The translations under genes and the position numbers were made by a program. DNA of 64,000 nucleotides, taken from Candidatus Latescibacterota bacterium. Lineage in GTDB: Bacteria > Latescibacterota > UBA2968 > UBA8231. The stretch's first letter is position 1, and every line of letters starts with the position of its first letter. The notes beneath the pieces were generated by a model that ran no database searches, had not been told where the DNA came from, and saw only the letters and a list, made by a program, of their open reading frames with translations. Where the stretch lies: contig CBDFJF010000002.1 in the NCBI GenBank assembly GCA_965248265.1, positions 960,001 to 1,024,000 on the forward strand, given 5' to 3'. Shown here in pieces: positions 38,311-49,359 of the stretch.

Positions 38311-39092
38311 CCGACACACCAGAGGACCAGACGCTTCTGTGGTCCGCGTTGTGCCAGAGTCAGCGACTGGAACTGGTCGGCGAGACCACCGGCGGGATGA
38401 TCCACGAATTGAACAACGGACTCAGCGTCGTCAACGGCCTTGTCGAACTGCTGCTGGAAAAGCTCAACGATAGCCCAGACACGGAAAACCTGTCGACCGC
38501 TGGTTCAGAGGATTTGCTCGACGTGGCGCGGCGAGACCTGGCCAAGGTGGTGGTGTGGATGGACTCCAGCATGGCGAGCGCCGAGCGCCTGCTGGCATAC
38601 GCTCACCGGATGACGGGAAGAAACGCAAAATTGGATGTCAATGAACTATGCGCTGCCGCCTTCGATGAGTCACGCTACCGGTGTGGGCGCGAAGGCATCG
38701 ACATGAAGCTGGATTTGGCTGACGGTCTTCCGCGCGTCAATGGTCACGCTGGTCAACTGCTCTCGGTGCTGTCGAATGTGGTGCGCAACAGCAGGGAGGC
38801 CTATGCCCGCGATGCCACCGCGACTGATTCGCGGACAATCCATATATCGACACACATGGACGGTGCCAACGTCGTCATCCACATCGATGACGAAGGACCC
38901 GGCATACCTCAGGGTATGAGTGAGCGTGTCTTCGAGCTGGCTTTTTCAACGAAAACGGACACAGATGCAGTCGTGGGATCGGGTCTGCCCGTTGCCCGGA
39001 TGATGGTACGCTGCCATGGTGGCGATCTGCGCGTGGGGGAGCGCGCCACGGGTACGCGGATTGTCATCGAGCTGCCCAAGGTCAAAGACTGA
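38307..39092 (+). CDS. Histidine kinase, HisKA-HATPase only
   Basis: IHELNN, NVVRNS, DEGPGI, GSGL; no sensor domain. Confidence 0.82.
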   Translation: MTDTPEDQTLLWSALCQSQRLELVGETTGGMIHELNNGLSVVNGLVELLLEKLNDSPDTENLSTAGSEDLLDVARRDLAKVVVWMDSSMASAERLLAYAHRMTGRNAKLDVNELCAAAFDESRYRCGREGIDMKLDLADGLPRVNGHAGQLLSVLSNVVRNSREAYARDATATDSRTIHISTHMDGANVVIHIDDEGPGIPQGMSERVFELAFSTKTDTDAVVGSGLPVARMMVRCHGGDLRVGERATGTRIVIELPKVKD

Positions 39093-39501
39093 GGTTCAGT
39101 CTCCATGGGATCAGCAGACTGGCAGCCAACAGGGTCAACGTGTAAAGGGCAGCAGCCAGCAGGGAATAGAGCTGAACTCGTCCAGCCTTGGCCTTGATGC
39201 GATCGACGAGTTGTTGGTCTTCGATGGGCTCCGTTCCCTGCTCAGTGGTGCGCGCACCGCGCGCGGCGAGAAACACTCAGGTAGAGCTGAAGGCCTGAAA
39301 CAGGAAGAGCATGCACATCCAGGCTGGGATGAAGACGATGACGCGCACCGGCAGCGGGAAATCACTCACCGTGAACAGGCCCATGGAGCCGAGGCAGAAG
39401 AAAAACAGCAGAATTCCAAAAAACACTCTGAACCGACGGCCGTCCTCGGTGATATTCGAGGAGGAGATCTCAGCCAGCGGGGGCCTCCTCCAGTATGGCA
39501 T
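39082..39501 (-). CDS. Candidate membrane selenoprotein (UGA at 39279-39277 read as Sec)
   Basis: ORFs 39277-39501 and 39082-39276 are in one frame separated only by TGA: ...LFQAFSST-U-VFLAARG...; GCGCGC-GGU-GCGCGC hairpin 12 nt downstream; three TM helices; alternative start CTG 39477 after GGAGGAGG. Confidence 0.7.
39250..39264 (-). promoter_or_regulatory. Putative bacterial SECIS hairpin
   Basis: UGA-N12-GCGCGC(GGU)GCGCGC with a possible lower CUC/GAG stem. Confidence 0.6.
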
Positions 39502-40372
39502 CGATGCGGGTCAGCTCATCTTCTGTAAATTCGACCGTTATCGCTCCGAGGTGATCCCGAACCTGCTCCGTATTCTTGGCACCAACGAGCACGCAGGTCA
39601 CGGTCTCCTGTCTCAAGATCCAGGAGATCGCCAGCTGCACCATGTTGATGTCCTTAGCCTGAGCCACTTCAGCGAGCCGATCGGCAACGGCGATCTGGGC
39701 GGCGAAGGTGTCTCCGGCAAATCGGTCCCTGCGTTCATCGCCTTCGGGAAATTCGTGGCCGGGGCGGTAGCGCCCGCTTAACAGCCCCTTGCCCAGCGGA
39801 CTGTGCGCGAGGATGCCGATGCCGTGCTCCTCGCAGTACGGAATATCGGCTTCCTCGATCTTCCGGTTGAACATGTTGTAGGCAGGTTGGTTTGAACTGA
39901 AGGTGGCGATGGCGCTCGCCCGCTGCATTTGATCGGCGTTGAAGTTGGAGACGCCGATGAAGCGCACCTTGCCCTCTTCCTGCAGTTCGGCCATGGCTTC
40001 CATGCTCGCCTCCACCGGGTATTTCGCGTTCCAGCTGTGGATCTGGTAGAGGTCGACGTACTCGACGTCCAGCTTGCGCAGACTATCGTCGATGGACTTG
40101 TGGATGGCCTCGGGAGAGTAGTCGTGGCTGACTTTGGTGGCCAGAAAACAGCGGTCGCGATAGCCGTCCTTGAGGGCCTTGCCGACGCGTTCCTCGCTGA
40201 CGCGATAAGCCTGCGCCGTGTCGACGAGGGTGACGCCCTCATCGATTGCCGTACGCACGATGTCGATGGCCGTCTGTTCATCCATGTCACCCATGCCACC
40301 GCCCAGGGGCCAGGCCCCGAGGCCGATGACGGGTACTTCAGGTCCGTCCGTTCCCAGTTGTCTGTATTCCAT
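39470..40372 (-). CDS. Aldo/keto reductase
   Basis: GLGAW, DTAQAY, LATK, DLYQIH, IGVSNF, HSPLGKGLLSG. Confidence 0.95.
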   Translation of the reverse strand: MEYRQLGTDGPEVPVIGLGAWPLGGGMGDMDEQTAIDIVRTAIDEGVTLVDTAQAYRVSEERVGKALKDGYRDRCFLATKVSHDYSPEAIHKSIDDSLRKLDVEYVDLYQIHSWNAKYPVEASMEAMAELQEEGKVRFIGVSNFNADQMQRASAIATFSSNQPAYNMFNRKIEEADIPYCEEHGIGILAHSPLGKGLLSGRYRPGHEFPEGDERRDRFAGDTFAAQIAVADRLAEVAQAKDINMVQLAISWILRQETVTCVLVGAKNTEQVRDHLGAITVEFTEDELTRIDAILEEAPAG

Positions 40373-40403
40373 TGCCGTTTGGTTGATCTGTGGTGTGAAA
40401 GGA

Positions 40404-41132
40404 TCAGAGTGTTAGGGTAATTTTAAGCCAATCTTCGAGCAGAAACGATATGCGGCCGATGAGCAGGGACAGGCGTGCCATGATGGTATAGCCGAAGGAG
40501 GCGCCGAAGGCGACCATCAGGAAGTAGATGCCGACTTTGGAAACGCCACCCACGATGCCGGTATGCTCCACAGAAAAGAAGAAATAAACCAGCACAGACA
40601 CCACACCGATGAGGACGACGAGAACGTCGAACCCTTCCATCGTCAGCGATAGCGGCCGCAACGTCGGTTCGATCTGCTGCAGGATGAAGGAAGAGATATA
40701 GCGCGGGATGGTCAATCCGGCGCCGAAACCGACGAAAAATGCGAAGGAAATTCGGCTCAACCACGCCCAGCGGCGGGAAAAGCGGGTCAGCATTAACACG
40801 CCCAGGATGGTGGGTATGAGAAGCAGCCACTTGGTGTGCGCCTCCGCCTCTTCCTTCATGAAGACGGGTTCGATGAGCATGCCGAAGAAGCCGCCGAACC
40901 AGTACTGGCCGAAGATGTAGGCGGCAGCGACGCCGACGTAGATGTGCTCGGCGAACTTGAAGAGAGGATTGTCCTTGTAGAGGAAGCTGTATATCAGCAG
41001 CGTGAGTCCGGCTCCCACGATGATACCGAAACCAGTCCAATCCGCCTGCAGCCGCCCCGTACCAAGGAAGACGACGTTGAGTGCCGCAAAGGCCAGGATG
41101 AGGCCGCCAAAGATGTAGCTGTCTCTGCTCAT
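40404..41132 (-). CDS. Uncharacterised multi-TM protein of the GlmL/DUF6754 cluster
   Basis: About 7 TM helices; SFLYKDNPLFKFAEH, YFFFS, FGASFGYTIMARLSLLIGR. Confidence 0.8.
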   Translation of the reverse strand: MSRDSYIFGGLILAFAALNVVFLGTGRLQADWTGFGIIVGAGLTLLIYSFLYKDNPLFKFAEHIYVGVAAAYIFGQYWFGGFFGMLIEPVFMKEEAEAHTKWLLLIPTILGVLMLTRFSRRWAWLSRISFAFFVGFGAGLTIPRYISSFILQQIEPTLRPLSLTMEGFDVLVVLIGVVSVLVYFFFSVEHTGIVGGVSKVGIYFLMVAFGASFGYTIMARLSLLIGRISFLLEDWLKITLTL

Positions 41133-41956
41133 GCGGTAGACGACCTGCGAGACAGGAAGAAGGTGATGTTGGCCAGCAGGATGAAGGCGATGATGATGAC
41201 GTGGGTGACTGATTGCGGTCGCATGCCCGACGAGGCTTTATCCGCCCGCCCGACTAAACTCTCGTATTCAGCGGCGCCGGCGAGGCCACCGATCATCCCT
41301 ACCATTTGGCCCGACTGGATGAAGGGAAACAGGTCAGGAGCCATGACGGCCGTGCATCCCCCTGCAAACGGGAATTTATAGCGCTCCTGCCCGTAGGGTA
41401 TCCACCAGTGGTCGATCGATTCACCGGCCGCGAGATCGAAGACGAAATCGAAGTCCGTGAGGCTGTGAACATCGCGGGTGATCGCCAAGGTGTCGGCGAG
41501 GGCGCCGAAGTTGTCCGTGGGATAGGTATTGTGAAAGTCCTGCCCCATACTCAAGATGACGGCGTAACCCCCTGGTTTGAACCCCATCAAGGCGTAGTCG
41601 ACGCCATATTTCCGGTCGGATTCCGCCCCGACCTCCTCCAATGCCGCCTGTGCCAGGCCGACGGCATCCGGCCAAAGACAGACGGCCACGACTTCGATCT
41701 CACGCTCGAACAGGTGTCGTAGCAGAGCGTGCGCCATTGGCTGCAATTCCGGTTCCGACCCTCCGCCATAGGCGAAGGAGAGCAGGACTTTGCCATCTTT
41801 CACAGCGGCGACGCGCTCGATCTGCTCATACACGGCACGCACGTTGTCCCTGGCCTGGATCGGGAATGAGAACTCCATCAGCAGCGGCACGGTAACACCG
41901 ACAAGGACGAACAGGAAGATGATGCGTCGATCGAAATTCATCAGGCGCTCGATCAT
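41129..41956 (-). CDS. Uncharacterised membrane-anchored alpha/beta protein of the cluster
   Basis: N- and C-terminal TM helices around a soluble domain; ELQPM, SGQMVGMIGGLAGAAEYE. Confidence 0.8.
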   Translation of the reverse strand: MIERLMNFDRRIIFLFVLVGVTVPLLMEFSFPIQARDNVRAVYEQIERVAAVKDGKVLLSFAYGGGSEPELQPMAHALLRHLFEREIEVVAVCLWPDAVGLAQAALEEVGAESDRKYGVDYALMGFKPGGYAVILSMGQDFHNTYPTDNFGALADTLAITRDVHSLTDFDFVFDLAAGESIDHWWIPYGQERYKFPFAGGCTAVMAPDLFPFIQSGQMVGMIGGLAGAAEYESLVGRADKASSGMRPQSVTHVIIIAFILLANITFFLSRRSSTA

Positions 41957-42612
41957 TCCCCTTTACCTCCTCCGAGATAGGAACGCTCGATGCCAAAAAT
42001 GATGCGCAACGCTGTGGCGATCGCACCGAGGCTGACTCCCAGCAGGATGCCGCGCTTGGCCGCCATGTTCGGAACCGCCATCAGCCAATCGGAGAACTGA
42101 GGGATTATGTCGGATATGTAAGCGCCGATCGGGACCCGTCCAAGCATAACGACGATGCCCGCGATCAGTAGCAGAGCCGCTTCTGTGCTTCGTGCCCGGA
42201 AGGTGCGGTAGGCTGCCGAGGCGATGAAGAAGGCGAGAATGGAGAACATGGTCGAAGTGCACGGCACGTAGACATTCAAAAACAGCCACTGGTACCCGCC
42301 GGTCTTGGCCTGGGCGTGGAAAGGGCCGCTGCCGTCGTTGTAGATGACGAAGGCGATCATCAAGCCGAAACTGACGAAAGCGACCAGGCTGTATCCCCAG
42401 CCGGCCTGCCGGGCGCGGATGCGGCTCCAGTGCAGGTTCTTGAGGCTGTAGAGACCGAGAACATAGGCGAAGGCGGTGATGATCATGAACCACTTGGCGA
42501 GGTCGCGCTCAAGCCCCTGGGCGACCGAATGCGGCACGTAGAAGACGAGAATTCCTATCACGCCCGACACAAAAGCCAGGATGAGTGGGAAGGTCCGACG
42601 CAGAAAGAGCAT
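41953..42612 (-). CDS. Uncharacterised multi-TM protein of the cluster
   Basis: About 6 TM helices; TMFSILAFFIASAAYRTFRAR, LRIIFGIERSYLG. Confidence 0.8.
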   Translation of the reverse strand: MLFLRRTFPLILAFVSGVIGILVFYVPHSVAQGLERDLAKWFMIITAFAYVLGLYSLKNLHWSRIRARQAGWGYSLVAFVSFGLMIAFVIYNDGSGPFHAQAKTGGYQWLFLNVYVPCTSTMFSILAFFIASAAYRTFRARSTEAALLLIAGIVVMLGRVPIGAYISDIIPQFSDWLMAVPNMAAKRGILLGVSLGAIATALRIIFGIERSYLGGGKGE

Positions 42613-42622
42613 ATCGATTGCC

Positions 42623-43843
42623 TTAAAGGGCCTTCAACAACTGGCTCAGGAAACTGACGTCGAGGGTAGCCAGGATGACGCCGGCGATGAGGACGGCCAG
42701 GAATATGGCTTTGCCGATATCCTGTCCCTTCAGACTTCCGAGCAGTCTGGGCTCTTTGGAAAGGTAGGCGCTGGCCGCGTACAACTCCTCGCCCATCAGG
42801 GTGTAGTCGCAAGTGGTGATGAAGAATGGGAGTTGGGTGTAGGAATCAGTGCCCGCAATCTGAATAGCTCCGGTCGTGGATCCGGTTTCGGCGAACAGCA
42901 GTGACTCGGCGAAGAATCCTCCCATCATGATGTGTGCTGCCGGCCGGTCGCGCAGCATGATGCCCTGCACCGCCGCGGCGTAGCTGAACTGATCGGTGCC
43001 GGCGACAAACACGTCATCCACGTTGAAGGCGTCCGGTCGACCTGCCTCGAGATAGGCCTCCTTGACCGTCTCCTGGCTGACCGACATGACGATGGGGTCG
43101 TAGTTGGTGACGCGCAGGCGGGCGTCGAAATCGGCGGTGCGCCTGGCGACGCGACTGAGAATGTTGATGGCGGCGATCGTCGGTATCTGGGACATATCTC
43201 GGAGGCCGTGGATGAACATGACGGCCCTGCCCATCTCGGTAGCTCGTCCCAAGGCTTCGTCCAGCGCTTCCAACCCGGCGATGCGCCGGATGTAAAACTC
43301 CCGCCGTCGGGCCATCGAGATCGACAACAGTATGATGATGGAAAACACCGAGCCCAGGATGAAATTGTTGAGCTTTGACCACTTGAAGAGGTTCTCTGCT
43401 GCCGTTACTGGAGGGCTCACGGAACCGCGCAGTTCACCGGATGGAGAGCGCACAACCAGGCGCACGAAGTAGGGCCGGCCGGCGACGATCTTCGTGGAGG
43501 ATTCCCCGCCGCTGCCGTCATAGCTGTCAATATGAGCGTAATGGTAGTTGGTGTTGTCCCCGGCGAAGCCGAAAACGGCCGGGTCGTCAGATTTGAAGCT
43601 GGTGCCCGCTTCGACCTCAGCTGCCAGATGAAAGGGGCCCTTTGCCGATTCCGCCACGTAAACGCGGTAGACGGTACCCGCAGGCGCCTGGTCAGCCGGT
43701 GGCCAGGTAACGGTTATGCTGCCACCGGCGTCGTCTGGCGTGTCGGACACTTCTATCTCGGGTACCGAGGCGGCCAGTTGGGCCGACGCCGGGTGGATCA
43801 GGACGCCAGTTGCGATCAGGCCAACCAGTACGGCGAAAATCAT
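42623..43843 (-). CDS. FN3-like plus DUF6754 domain membrane protein
   Basis: Signal peptide, DTPDDAGGSITVTW FN3-like domain, TM, IRRIAGLEALDEALGRATEMG, QLPFFITTCDYTLMGEELYAASAY. Confidence 0.75.
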   Translation of the reverse strand: MIFAVLVGLIATGVLIHPASAQLAASVPEIEVSDTPDDAGGSITVTWPPADQAPAGTVYRVYVAESAKGPFHLAAEVEAGTSFKSDDPAVFGFAGDNTNYHYAHIDSYDGSGGESSTKIVAGRPYFVRLVVRSPSGELRGSVSPPVTAAENLFKWSKLNNFILGSVFSIIILLSISMARRREFYIRRIAGLEALDEALGRATEMGRAVMFIHGLRDMSQIPTIAAINILSRVARRTADFDARLRVTNYDPIVMSVSQETVKEAYLEAGRPDAFNVDDVFVAGTDQFSYAAAVQGIMLRDRPAAHIMMGGFFAESLLFAETGSTTGAIQIAGTDSYTQLPFFITTCDYTLMGEELYAASAYLSKEPRLLGSLKGQDIGKAIFLAVLIAGVILATLDVSFLSQLLKAL

Positions 43844-45003
43844 TCCTGGATCAGCTCCACGTTGGCACGCGGGACCACGGCCGTCGAACCATCTTCGAAT
43901 TTTACTCGCAACACGCGCACGCTGGCTTCCGTCTCGATTGCTTGAAGGTCGGCGATGAGCTCGTCGACCATGCCGATGCGGCCGAAGTAGGGGGCGCGGA
44001 TGGCCCGCAGGGGATCGCCGAGTGCCAGGCCTCCCTGGTGGCTTTCACCGGGACGCTCTGGCACGCGCCCTTCTGTGTCATCATCTGTTTTAACGGCGGC
44101 TCGATTCGAGTCGATATTTGGCACGATGATCTCAGGACGCAGCACCCCGGCACGGATCTGGGTGGCGCCCGAAACGGAGGCTTCCCGACCGTTACACGAA
44201 GATAGGATATCGAAGGTCCGTGGCGCCATCGCCATTTTGCCGAAGCCCTCGGTGATGACGACGCTGACGCCGATGTCCTCCGAGCCGGTGATGGCCACGC
44301 CGAGGTCGTATCCCAGCAGATGGTGCAGGTCGCTGTCATGGATGCCGCCACCGATCACGGCAACGGCTCCAACCTCGGCCGCTTTGGCGATGGCGTCACT
44401 GGTCACCAGGCCGCCCCCTACGACGATCTTGCCGTTGCACTCGGAGTCGATCTGATCGGGCAGCAGGTCATCGTCCCGACTCGCCGCAACCTGACGAAGA
44501 GTTCCCCAGCGTTCGCCACCGACACCAAAAATGCCCTGCACCAGCGCACCCTCAACTTCAACGTGAACGCCCTCATCCTCGATCAGTTCGGTGACGACGC
44601 CATCGACGTAGGCGGAGATTTCCACCGGAGCCGGCGGGCGTCGCAGTATCACCTGTCCTGTCACCGGTGAAATGCTTTCAACGACACCATCGACCTCCGA
44701 TTTTATCACCGTCTTGAACCACTTGATCAGAGGATGGGTCTCAGCTAACGGCTCACCCACGGCGACAGCGTCACCCTCCTCCTTCAGCATGTAGCGTGAC
44801 AACTCCTGCGGCGTGATTCCAAGGCGGTTCACCAGGTTCACGGTGACGACATCACCCGGCATTTCGGTGCGGGCAACGACTTGGTCGCGCTGAACGAGGT
44901 CGCCGACCGATACCAGGACTTCGCCAAGCAGTGGCAGCCGTCGCTCCTTGACCAACCGAGTGCGAGGGGTAACCCGGAGTCCGGGGGTGTAGGCGTGCGC
45001 CAT
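43840..45003 (-). CDS. Uncharacterised soluble protein with barrel-sandwich-hybrid-like repeats and KOW-like C-terminus
   Basis: VLVSVGDLV, KEEGDAVAVGEPLA, QGIFGVGGE, ITEGFG, IRAPYFGRIG. Confidence 0.78.
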   Translation of the reverse strand: MAHAYTPGLRVTPRTRLVKERRLPLLGEVLVSVGDLVQRDQVVARTEMPGDVVTVNLVNRLGITPQELSRYMLKEEGDAVAVGEPLAETHPLIKWFKTVIKSEVDGVVESISPVTGQVILRRPPAPVEISAYVDGVVTELIEDEGVHVEVEGALVQGIFGVGGERWGTLRQVAASRDDDLLPDQIDSECNGKIVVGGGLVTSDAIAKAAEVGAVAVIGGGIHDSDLHHLLGYDLGVAITGSEDIGVSVVITEGFGKMAMAPRTFDILSSCNGREASVSGATQIRAGVLRPEIIVPNIDSNRAAVKTDDDTEGRVPERPGESHQGGLALGDPLRAIRAPYFGRIGMVDELIADLQAIETEASVRVLRVKFEDGSTAVVPRANVELIQE

Positions 45004-45005
45004 GT

Positions 45006-46850
<1,845 letters not shown>

Positions 46851-47143
46851 TGGTCTCGATGAGGAGATCCACGCTCCGGCGCTTTTCAAGCAATCCCACG
46901 AAGCGATCGTACTCGGTTGAAGCGAAGATCAGGGTGGCGAACGGAGACATGAACGCGAGAAGCTGGCTGCCGACGAAATTCAGGGGCCTGCCGCTTTCGA
47001 GCAGCATCAACGCCGGCGTCGTCAAGCGGCGCTCGACGACGAAATCAGCGAAACGACAGACCAGGTGCCGCTCCTCGTCGTCGAAGGAACCATCCCGCTC
47101 CTCGTCGATGGCGAAGGCGTGTGCCGCCCAGGCCTTAAAGCCG

Positions 47144-47557
47144 TCAAGAGCCGACATGCTGCTCCACGAATGACGATACGCTTTCCCGGTTGCCAGGGCA
47201 GCGGATGAACTCGCCACGGAAGGAATCGAGGCGGTGTGCATGTTCGAACGGACTCAGGAATAGGCCATCACGACGGATCCGGGCACGCCCGAAGTCGGAC
47301 CAGGTGCGGCGCTTCTTCCACAACAGGTGCTCCGTTTCGACGCCCGATGCGTCTAAACGGTAGCGCGTTGGAAACAGGTAGCGGGACATTGCGGTTATCA
47401 GAGTTATGAGGCTGATCACCCCGTAAACGACGCCACCGAAGCTGTGCGCCGCGAGCAAAGGAAAAGCCACCAATGCCAGGCACAGGGAGGCGGATTTAAA
47501 CCGTGTTTCTTCCACAAGGGGGTGGACGATCCACTGCAGTGTCTTGGCGTCGCTCAT
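47144..47557 (-). CDS. Two-TM protein with PH-like (YcxB-like) C-terminal domain
   Basis: Two TM helices, then FPTRYRLD...W...LSPF...RLDSFRG; ATGA overlap with the crp-like gene. Confidence 0.7.
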   Translation of the reverse strand: MSDAKTLQWIVHPLVEETRFKSASLCLALVAFPLLAAHSFGGVVYGVISLITLITAMSRYLFPTRYRLDASGVETEHLLWKKRRTWSDFGRARIRRDGLFLSPFEHAHRLDSFRGEFIRCPGNRESVSSFVEQHVGS

Positions 47558-48228
47558 TCGGCCGCGATGCTGTCCTCGGGCACGATCAGGATTTCCCGTC
47601 CCCGGCAGTGGATATACCCCTCGACCTCCAGCTGCTTGAGAGCCCGCGTGACCGTTTCTCTGGTTGTGCCGGCCATGTTGGCCAGTTGCTGGTGGGTCGG
47701 CCGGCGCTCGATCAGGATGCCGTCCGCCGTCTCGACGCCATCGTCGGTGGCCAATCGCAGGATCGTCTTGGCGACACGGCTGTACACGTTGAGCAACGCC
47801 AGCCCGCCGACCTGATCGTCAGTGCGTCGCAGTCTTCCGGCGAGCTCCTCGAGCAAGGTTACCGCGATAGCGGGAACGCGGTTGACGAGTTCCTGGAAAT
47901 CGGAGCGTTTGAGGATGATGAGCTCAGTATCTTCCGTGGCCACGACGTTGGCTGAGCGGGGACGGTCATCCAGCAGTGCCAGCTCGCCGAAGAACTCGCC
48001 TTCGCCCAACAGAGACAGAATAAACTCACGGCCGTCCTCGTGAAGCAGGCTGACCTTCACCTGCCCCTCGCGGATGATGAAGAGTGAATCCCCTGCCTCC
48101 GCTGCCAGAATGATGAGCTGGCCTTTGGTGAAGTTGCGTGTGAAGGAGAGCTCCGACAGCGCATCGATCTCGCTGTTACCGAGCGCATCGAACAGAGGAA
48201 CGCGGCGCAAAAAATCAGAGGTCGACAA
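47554..48228 (-). CDS. Crp/Fnr family transcriptional regulator
   Basis: cNMP site GELALLDDRPRSANV and HTH LANMAGTTRETVTR. Confidence 0.95.
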   Translation of the reverse strand: MSTSDFLRRVPLFDALGNSEIDALSELSFTRNFTKGQLIILAAEAGDSLFIIREGQVKVSLLHEDGREFILSLLGEGEFFGELALLDDRPRSANVVATEDTELIILKRSDFQELVNRVPAIAVTLLEELAGRLRRTDDQVGGLALLNVYSRVAKTILRLATDDGVETADGILIERRPTHQQLANMAGTTRETVTRALKQLEVEGYIHCRGREILIVPEDSIAAE

Positions 48229-48381
48229 CGGAACTCAACCTTTCAACGTGAACTGCGTCAACCGCACTGTTGGTCCCGCTGGTGCGTGCAAGTCACACAC
48301 GTGCGGGCCTTATGTCTGGCGGGTATTTGGTGGTTACTGACTAATATCGTCGCCATCACCCGTGATATCCAAGCATAGTGA

Positions 48382-49359
48382 TCAAGTTGTATCGGCGATC
48401 CCTCCGGCCTCGCGCACAAGAGCAGCCAGGTTGGCGCGTTCGTGCTGAGGATCCACCAGACCGCTCAGGTCCTTACAATGCTGTCTGAGGCTGTCGTAAA
48501 ACGCCGAATCCGTCTCCGTCCGCTGCAGCAACTCAGCAAGCGCCTGGGTGTCGGAGTACGGAAAATACCCAGAATAATCAGCTCCCAACAATCCCACGGA
48601 TCCGGATATTCGAGATGACAGTACGGGTGTGCCACAGGCCAGTGCTTCGCCGACGACATTGGCTCCTCCCTCCATCTGTGAAGACAGAATCAGCAAGCGG
48701 CTCTTCGCCAGCAGTCGCAAAGCGCGCCACCTGGGCAGCTCGCCGAGCCAGCGGTAGCGCGGGTTGGCCGCCTGCTCGTCGCGAGCCTGCGTCGCCATGG
48801 CCGTTTCGATCGCGCCGCCGGCATGCAGGATTCGAATCCTGGACGACGGCGGCAACAGTCGCGAGGCGGCGGCGGCCCGAAACGGATCCTTCACCGGCCT
48901 CAGGTGGCCCAACACGCAGGCGTCGAATGAACTGCCCCGCCTGGATGCCAGTGGGTCGTTGAGGACTGGTGGCCGCACCGACTGGAAGATCACCCGTGCA
49001 CGTCCACGGTGGCGCTGCGGCAGCTCGTCGATTCCGCACGGTTGCAAAACGATGAACAGATCGGCTAATTCCAGCGCCGTCCTGGCAGCCGCGTCGGAAT
49101 GAATGTCGCCGTAGAGATCGGTGCCGGTGAGGGCCAGTACCAATGGTCTGGTCGGATGCCGGTCGCGAAAATGCTGGATCGATTCGAAGCTGCGCCGTGC
49201 ATGCAGGGCGATGAGCAGATCGCATCGCTGCCGATCGAATGTCTGGGCGATGCGGACGGTGTGTCCCAACTCGCGCAGCAGGCGTGACCATCGCAAGGCG
49301 GTGACCCGATTGCCCGAACGCGAGCGTGGTGCCGCCGGCGTCACGATCAGGACGTTCAC
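48382..49359 (-). CDS. senB: Selenosugar synthase (TIGR04348 glycosyltransferase)
   Basis: GNRVTALRW, LHARRS, LTGTDLY, GHLRPVKDP, SSQMEGGANV; coupled to senA and next to selD. Confidence 0.9.
   Translation of the reverse strand: MNVLIVTPAAPRSRSGNRVTALRWSRLLRELGHTVRIAQTFDRQRCDLLIALHARRSFESIQHFRDRHPTRPLVLALTGTDLYGDIHSDAAARTALELADLFIVLQPCGIDELPQRHRGRARVIFQSVRPPVLNDPLASRRGSSFDACVLGHLRPVKDPFRAAAASRLLPPSSRIRILHAGGAIETAMATQARDEQAANPRYRWLGELPRWRALRLLAKSRLLILSSQMEGGANVVGEALACGTPVLSSRISGSVGLLGADYSGYFPYSDTQALAELLQRTETDSAFYDSLRQHCKDLSGLVDPQHERANLAALVREAGGIADTT

Noticed and set aside
48280-48300. Crp site upstream of the crp-like gene
   Set aside because: Only one TGTGA half-site matches; too weak to call
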